Positions 59,401 through 64,000 of a DNA stretch of 64,000 nt are shown in pieces. Below the pieces are notes generated by a model that saw only the letters and a list, made by a program, of their open reading frames with translations, was not told the origin of the DNA and made no database searches. Within the stretch, counting starts at the first letter, position 1. Each line of letters opens with the position of its first letter. The translations under genes were made by a program, and so were the position numbers. Origin of the DNA: an uncultured virus (IMG/VR IMGVR_UViG_3300035696_000033) (Duplodnaviria > Heunggongvirae > Uroviricota > Caudoviricetes); IMG/VR virus record IMGVR_UViG_3300035696_000033; one strand, written 5' to 3'.

Positions 59401-60088
59401 GCGGCTGGAATTCAGTTTCACCGTGCATTCGGTGAAGCCGGCGGGACGCGTGACGGCGCGTTACTCCATGAGCGTAAGCCGCGATTTTCTGAACCTGAAG
59501 CTGTCCACCCATGTGCGGGGCAGCGTCTGGGCGGCGACGCGGCCGGCGGCGGACGCGCTGCTGCCCGCGCTCTTTGGCACGATGGCGGCCGGGCAACAGG
59601 TGACGGGCGAGCGGAACGAGGACCATGATTATACGCCGGAGTTGAACGCGTTCATCAAGCTGGACTTTGATGACGGCTATGAGGCGGCGCTGACGGGGGT
59701 GACGGGGGTTCTGGAATGCCACGTGACCGAGAGCGTGAAGTTTTCGAGCACGCGCTGGGCGGTGCAGCCGCTGCCCTTTGACAGCAATGGCGCCGGCGGC
59801 GTGAGCATTGTGCAACCCGCGGGCGTTGCGGAGGGCGGCCGCACCGTGCGCGGGACCGTGACTGCGGCGACGCTGGCGGTGGCGCAGGCGTGGGCGTGGA
59901 AACAACAGGCGTTGCTGACGGGCGATGACGACGGGACGTTTGCCCCGCTGCCGCCCGAGGTGGAAAATGACTACGAGTTTGCGCCGCGCGTGAACGGCGT
60001 GGCCAGCGGCGCCGGCCAGAACGTGCGGCTGTTCCGGGTGACCTTCACCTTTGGGGAGATTCTGCCGGATTATCCCGCGCCGGATTGA
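56411..60088 (+). CDS. Large putative tail protein with three ~220-aa internal repeats
   Basis: FPDE..Y..GE(L/M)FL..ARTKL..TPNLISANADGDTFTELSF repeated; follows tape measure. Confidence 0.6.
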   Translation: MKLIYNSFDLSSIGEIAVKWNRTYEGGNDAPQRCRVTVDCSVKVFERSYGDNYSLLRQAQAAVMAPNQQLTWTNDETGESYIDQTAALTRQNFPEEWGTYFQQLELSFQYCENLDTSAQNLLCTFTKTGSTTPLQFDNITKWAESASTKRFSTLRSQREQVTGQLTVEGLLLGDTTLPLAARRAGLAQLVATFRRELNAADGNLTYGVQGSTATPTPMFQNVVRITSFEAAVDQSICAVPFKFTADYTLFPDETNYATVTATAAVRDPQTGELFLNISGRIESATEALARTKLAAVVAALLKSHGFDKGQKLEFSATPNLISANADGDTFTELSFTGQWRKWRAGNFAASFTPPSPSGGALEPISFGQVSTWEEGIKSERFDPMRPQRRRTVDTITATGVFVGDAGLALADRKKQLLARQRAMTAACNNPQGVLQYADWSQTVRVESFNAKINQAETGIEWTLSAYYNAFPDEAGYTTVEATAEEKDGMTGEMFLTCGGKIQAASEAAARTKLGIVITTFLAQYGYTGSSAQKIQFDTTPNLISANADGDTFTELSFSGQWRRWKSSNQRAVFTQTGHKTPVALGNVRTWDDGYRAERFDVQRSERRHATGMVSAAGTFSVDPTMAIADRRAALLKQQRALKAEVNAADGTLTYGDWSQVVRVEEFNAKINQAETGVDWSFTASYSLFPNEGGYVTCEFSAEEKDDVETGDQFLTFAGNISAPNGSLARAKLDSLRAATLGIYGFTATQRVRGGNATHEVSANGDQTAGVPEGIETQGDATGVSFIQLSFSEEYRRRTPGTVVSSKYQIASRDDTASGLVLTTYSGSVTATGATADAALAAAAVQALLLGANKQGAIDSTAFLKSQQWTIERRQLTGANPDEFVALAFSYEYQSKMAPGRSYVEANTAAATDAFGPDSQNVSGFVVARDEATATAVYLQQVRAPYAGMLIRNETTTFQRVLAEAATATPAVYQVVGLDGANIPQNPQPGTGYTAQMLRLEFSFTVHSVKPAGRVTARYSMSVSRDFLNLKLSTHVRGSVWAATRPAADALLPALFGTMAAGQQVTGERNEDHDYTPELNAFIKLDFDDGYEAALTGVTGVLECHVTESVKFSSTRWAVQPLPFDSNGAGGVSIVQPAGVAEGGRTVRGTVTAATLAVAQAWAWKQQALLTGDDDGTFAPLPPEVENDYEFAPRVNGVASGAGQNVRLFRVTFTFGEILPDYPAPD

Positions 60089-60248
60089 GCACCTTGTAAA
60101 TCTTGCCATCCAGACCAATCCATTGCGGCCAGATCGTAGATAAAAATCGGGCCGTTTAATGCGGCGTGAAGCATTTTAGAACTGATGCGTTCCTTGTCTC
60201 GCAACAGCTTCATGGTGTCCCGAACGTGGATGATATTCATGGTGTAGT

Positions 60249-63200
60249 TTAATTCCGGCGCAAGAATCGTTGACGCCACAGCGGAAGATCGCCGGTAATT
60301 GCGGAGTGCGGAGCGCGGAGTGCGGAGTGCGCGGGGACGCTCGCCCCACCCTTGACCGACAGGCTGGTCCATTGGAGGAATGCCCTGCCCAGCCCGGCGC
60401 GCAGGCGGGGCCAGCCCTGTTCCAGCTCGTGCTCATCCAGTGTCTTGACGTTCTTGAACTCGCGCTCGGCGATGTGCAGCAGTTCGGCGAGGTTCACCTC
60501 GGCGGGCGTCTCGCCCAGCAGATGACCGTCCAGCACCAACTCGGCGGCGTCCTTCTTCTCGTGGATGCCGCCCTCCAGCTTGCGGTCAATGGAGCCGTCG
60601 CAGATGACGGACCAGACGTTGACCGGCCACGGCGAGTTGATGCGGTGCGCCCGGTTGATGAACTGCTCGAACTTGTCGAACGCCCACGAATAGGCGGTGA
60701 GCAGGACGTTATTGCACAGGTTGAAGCTGTGCAGCTCGGCCATGCACTCCTGACCGGCCAGCAGCACCGGGAACGCGGAGTGCGAAGCGGGAACAAGACC
60801 TTCGTCCACGGCGCGCGGCGGCCCCTGCTTGAATTGCCGGGCGAGTTCGCCCCGGCGCTTCTGGGAGACGCGGCCGTCCAGGACCAGATGCGGCACACCG
60901 GCCTCCTTGAGGCGGGCGCTGAAGACGTCGAGGCCGTTCTGGAACGCGCTGCCGATGATGACCTGCTCGCGCCGCTCCAGTGCCTGCCGGACGAGTTCCA
61001 GCGCGCTGGCCACCTTGGGGATGTAGGTGAACTTGCTGCGGGGACTGCCGCCGGTGACATCGTGTTCGGGGCGCACCAGCAGTTCGCTGGCGGGGTTGGC
61101 GGCGGCGATGCGCAGCGCCTGCAGCTTCGCGCCGATGGCCGGCCGCATATTGCAGTCCAGATACTTCGCCTTCAAGTGGAACTGATACGCGGCGGCCTGA
61201 TACAGGCCCATCGGCACGCGGACGACGTGGCGGATCTTCGGGACGATCTCCTCGCCGCAATCCTCCTTGCGCCGGCGGAGGATGATTGGGGCGAGCAGTT
61301 TCCATGCGCGATGGACGTTGCAGACCTGCGGGGTGAACTTGACGAACCGGCGGTGCGTGCCGCACGGGCCATCTTTGGCCAGCTCTTCTTTGGTTAAATT
61401 CCGTTCGCTTACCAAAAACTCCTCGGCGAAGGTTTGCTTGTCGAGCCTGGCATACGGGAAGCGCGGCGTGGGCTCCTCGTGGCCGCCACAGACGTAGTGC
61501 GCCAGATGGAACACATCCGGGAAGCGGTTCTTGATGGGGGTGGCCGTCAGCACCAGGCGGTAGGGGGCGTTGATCTGGCGGACGCCCGTGCCGACGATGG
61601 TGTTGTCGCCCTTGATCCGGGTGCCTTCATCAATGACGCAGACCTCAAAGCAATCCTGGCACAAGTCGGCCAGCGACGGGGAATAGACGCACTTGATGTT
61701 TTGTGTTGCCCCCACAACCCGGCCATCTACCCCGGCGGGGGAGAAGGTGTCCGAAGGACGGTTGAGGGGGCGCGTCTCACCGATGCCGGTGGAAAACTCA
61801 CGGTGCTTGCAGATGGCCAGCTCGGAGCGGATGAACTGCTGCTGCTGTTCGGACAACGCCTCCCACTGATGAATTGCGGATTGCGGATTGCGGATTGCGG
61901 ATTGAATCCCGGCGGCATTGAACCGTTTATTGATTGCGGAGTGTGGAGTGCGGAGCGCGGATTCATCCTTGCGTCCGGCGCCGGGTTTGCCGGTGGGGGT
62001 CAGTTGTTCGAGGACGCGGAACGACTCGCGGGCGAGGTCCACGACGACCTTGTCGGCGGTGCGCCGGATGATCTCATAGGCGGCTTGAATTTCTTTCAGC
62101 GTGGCGTCGGGCGTAATTACCAAATGTCCGCCATCACCCCAGCCCGAAAGCCGCGCGTAATGCTGGCCGTAGATATTGCCGCGATTGTTCCACCAGTCCA
62201 CGGCATCCTGCTCCTTCAAGTTGAGCTGCGACAGGGTGCGCTCCGGGTGGAGGCGGTCGAGCGGCGGGAACTCCGCGACGCCGTTGCCGGTGAGCTGGGT
62301 GTAGTTGGTGAGATAATAGTTGGGCGGCAGGCTCATGCGGCCCGTGCGCGGATCGGGTTTGGCGAGGCGGCAGAACACCGACTGGCTGTCGATCCGGACG
62401 ATTGGGATTGCGGATTGCGGATTGCGGATTGCGGAGTTCCCGAAGTGGCGGCGGTATTCATCCTCGGTCTGGTCGTGGCCATCCCCCGGCACGACGAGCA
62501 GGACGGGCCGGGCGGGTTTAACCCCGCACTCCGCACCCTCCATTCCGCACTTGAGGAGCGGCCAGATGAACAGGGCGATGGTCTTGCCCAGCCCGGTGTC
62601 GTGGCCGAGGATGATGCCGTCGTGCATGGCCGCGCGGGCATAATCATCCAACTGAAATTCCTTGAATGCAAAACCGGATCGCGACGCCCGCGCGCCCTCA
62701 CCCCGGCCCTCTCCCGCTCCCGCGAGAGAGGGGGAAAGAAGCCGGGCGATGTCGCGCATGGTCTGGCGGTGCTTCTCGAATTGTTTGGGATTCAGCGCGG
62801 CGACATCCGGGACTTCGGGGATGACGAACGAGTCCGCCAGTTGCTTGAGGGTGAAGTCAATCACACACTCGTCCTCGATGTCCTTTTCCTTGCGGCCGGT
62901 GGTGCCGGGTTTGATGAGGTTGACCTTCACGTTGTCGGCGCGCAGGCGCTCCTCCATGAAGCAGCGTTCCACGCCGCCGTCGTCGGTGATGAAGAAGGCC
63001 AGCTCCTGCCCGTTCCACTCCACGTCGTCCAGCAGGCCGATGGTGTTCATCTTGGTGCCGGTGCGCTTGACGGCCACGGTGGTGGAGCGGATGGGGTATT
63101 TTCCGCCCCGGCGGAAAACAGTTTCGGATTTCAAATCCGCAACCGGCAATCGCAAATCGGCAATGCAGGTGATGTCGTCCTGTTCGTCGAGGTAGCCGAG

Positions 63201-64000
63201 GCGCTGGATTTTGGGGAGCGGATAGAGCGGCGCGCGGACGTGGTTGTATTCCGCGATGGCCGTCTCGACGGCGCGCATCAGCGCTGGATCCACGCGCCAG
63301 GGTCCTTGCGGACGGCCACCAACCCCCACCGCATTCTCCAGCGCGCGGCGGGTGTTGCGCTGGACCACCAGTTGAATGGGCTGGCGGCCATTGAGGGCAT
63401 GGAGCGACGCGGCGGCGGACTTGTCCACGCGGCCGCTGGCGGTGTCGAACGTGTTCAGGTGGGTGCGGATGACGCCGCGTTCGGTGTCGAACCAGATGTT
63501 GAAGGGCGGCGCCTCGGACAGGCCCTGCTCGCGCTCGTGTTCCTCCCTGGCGGCCCGCCACAGTTCCACGCTGTCGGTGGTCTGCAAATACCGGGCGGCT
63601 TCGGGGCCGTCGCGCAGGGTGTAACGGTTGCGCTTCGCGTCGCGGAGGGAATCTTCAACATCCATTGGGGTTCCAACATCGAACATTTTGGTGAGCTGCG
63701 GGCCGCGATCGTGGCCGCGCGCAAAGTAGATGACGCCGGTGTGGAAGTTTCCGGTTTCCGGCTGGCAGATGTTGCCGGGGATGATGAGGCGCGCCCAGAT
63801 GTGCGCGGCCAGCGCGCGGTGCGGCGCGTTGTCCGCAAAGATGAGCCGTTCCAGGGTTGCATTGTTGGCGATGAGAAAGCCGTCGGTGTAACTGCTGGAG
63901 CGGTCGAGCGCGATGCAGAGCGTGGCGATGGTGGAATCAATGCACTCGCGCGGCGTGCGGCCGTCGTGCGCCGCAAACGCCTCGCGCACGGCGGGGCATT
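60249..64000 (-). CDS. SNF2-family helicase, 5' end outside the window
   Basis: GHDTGLGKT, VIDEGTRIK, LTATPIKN, ILRRRK, LDGRV, QFINRAHRI. Confidence 0.85.
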   Translation of the reverse strand, partial: CPAVREAFAAHDGRTPRECIDSTIATLCIALDRSSSYTDGFLIANNATLERLIFADNAPHRALAAHIWARLIIPGNICQPETGNFHTGVIYFARGHDRGPQLTKMFDVGTPMDVEDSLRDAKRNRYTLRDGPEAARYLQTTDSVELWRAAREEHEREQGLSEAPPFNIWFDTERGVIRTHLNTFDTASGRVDKSAAASLHALNGRQPIQLVVQRNTRRALENAVGVGGRPQGPWRVDPALMRAVETAIAEYNHVRAPLYPLPKIQRLGYLDEQDDITCIADLRLPVADLKSETVFRRGGKYPIRSTTVAVKRTGTKMNTIGLLDDVEWNGQELAFFITDDGGVERCFMEERLRADNVKVNLIKPGTTGRKEKDIEDECVIDFTLKQLADSFVIPEVPDVAALNPKQFEKHRQTMRDIARLLSPSLAGAGEGRGEGARASRSGFAFKEFQLDDYARAAMHDGIILGHDTGLGKTIALFIWPLLKCGMEGAECGVKPARPVLLVVPGDGHDQTEDEYRRHFGNSAIRNPQSAIPIVRIDSQSVFCRLAKPDPRTGRMSLPPNYYLTNYTQLTGNGVAEFPPLDRLHPERTLSQLNLKEQDAVDWWNNRGNIYGQHYARLSGWGDGGHLVITPDATLKEIQAAYEIIRRTADKVVVDLARESFRVLEQLTPTGKPGAGRKDESALRTPHSAINKRFNAAGIQSAIRNPQSAIHQWEALSEQQQQFIRSELAICKHREFSTGIGETRPLNRPSDTFSPAGVDGRVVGATQNIKCVYSPSLADLCQDCFEVCVIDEGTRIKGDNTIVGTGVRQINAPYRLVLTATPIKNRFPDVFHLAHYVCGGHEEPTPRFPYARLDKQTFAEEFLVSERNLTKEELAKDGPCGTHRRFVKFTPQVCNVHRAWKLLAPIILRRRKEDCGEEIVPKIRHVVRVPMGLYQAAAYQFHLKAKYLDCNMRPAIGAKLQALRIAAANPASELLVRPEHDVTGGSPRSKFTYIPKVASALELVRQALERREQVIIGSAFQNGLDVFSARLKEAGVPHLVLDGRVSQKRRGELARQFKQGPPRAVDEGLVPASHSAFPVLLAGQECMAELHSFNLCNNVLLTAYSWAFDKFEQFINRAHRINSPWPVNVWSVICDGSIDRKLEGGIHEKKDAAELVLDGHLLGETPAEVNLAELLHIAEREFKNVKTLDEHELEQGWPRLRAGLGRAFLQWTSLSVKGGASVPAHSALRAPHSAITGDLPLWRQRFLRRN
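60301..62734. repeat. Heptamer tandem repeats and REP-like palindromes inside the helicase gene
   Basis: GCGGAGT/GCGGATT runs at 60301-60331, 61873-61904, 61933-61963, 62407-62437; palindromes at 61730-61770 and 62695-62734. Confidence 0.85.

Larger units (their letters stand above)
1..64000. mobile_element. Tailed dsDNA phage or prophage genome segment
   Basis: Terminase large subunit, portal, capsid-sized ORF, frameshifted tail chaperone, tape measure and primase/helicase in co-oriented modules; no host housekeeping genes seen. Confidence 0.95.

Noticed and set aside
60070..60240. Small minus-strand ORF downstream of the helicase
   Set aside because: 56 aa, no motif, overlaps the end of the tail gene; insufficient support

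Overview
The window is about 64 kb of a tailed dsDNA (sipho-like) phage or prophage, almost all on the + strand. The host is probably PVC/Verrucomicrobia, inferred from the attC family, 7-bp GCGGA(T/G)T repeats and Thr/Asn-rich secreted proteins. No integrase or repressor is recognisable, so lifestyle cannot be determined. Gene order: replication (DEDDh exonuclease, TOPRIM primase carrying an FtsK-gamma-like domain, HD hydrolase, P-loop helicase); HTH and sigma-region-4-like regulators; tail-tip/fibre genes; a glycosyltransferase cluster; an integron-like cassette array; terminase, portal, capsid; an atypical tRNA-Met; secreted/membrane proteins and a patatin phospholipase; head-tail and tail genes with a -1 frameshift chaperone and tape measure; and a 5'-truncated SNF2 helicase on the - strand. 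The strongest novel signal is at about 17.97-23.07 kb: at least 11 cassettes bounded by attC sites, ending in an attI1-like site, with no intI in the window. The cassette ORFs run antisense to the canonical attC orientation and take start/stop codons from inside the attC sites. Other notable signals are a five-copy TCCCCG-N19-YARACT promoter in front of structural operons, fibre-like proteins with Sec signal peptides dense in N-x-T sequons, and a holin/patatin cluster with no recognisable endolysin. Product calls come from motif recognition by eye; no database searches were run.
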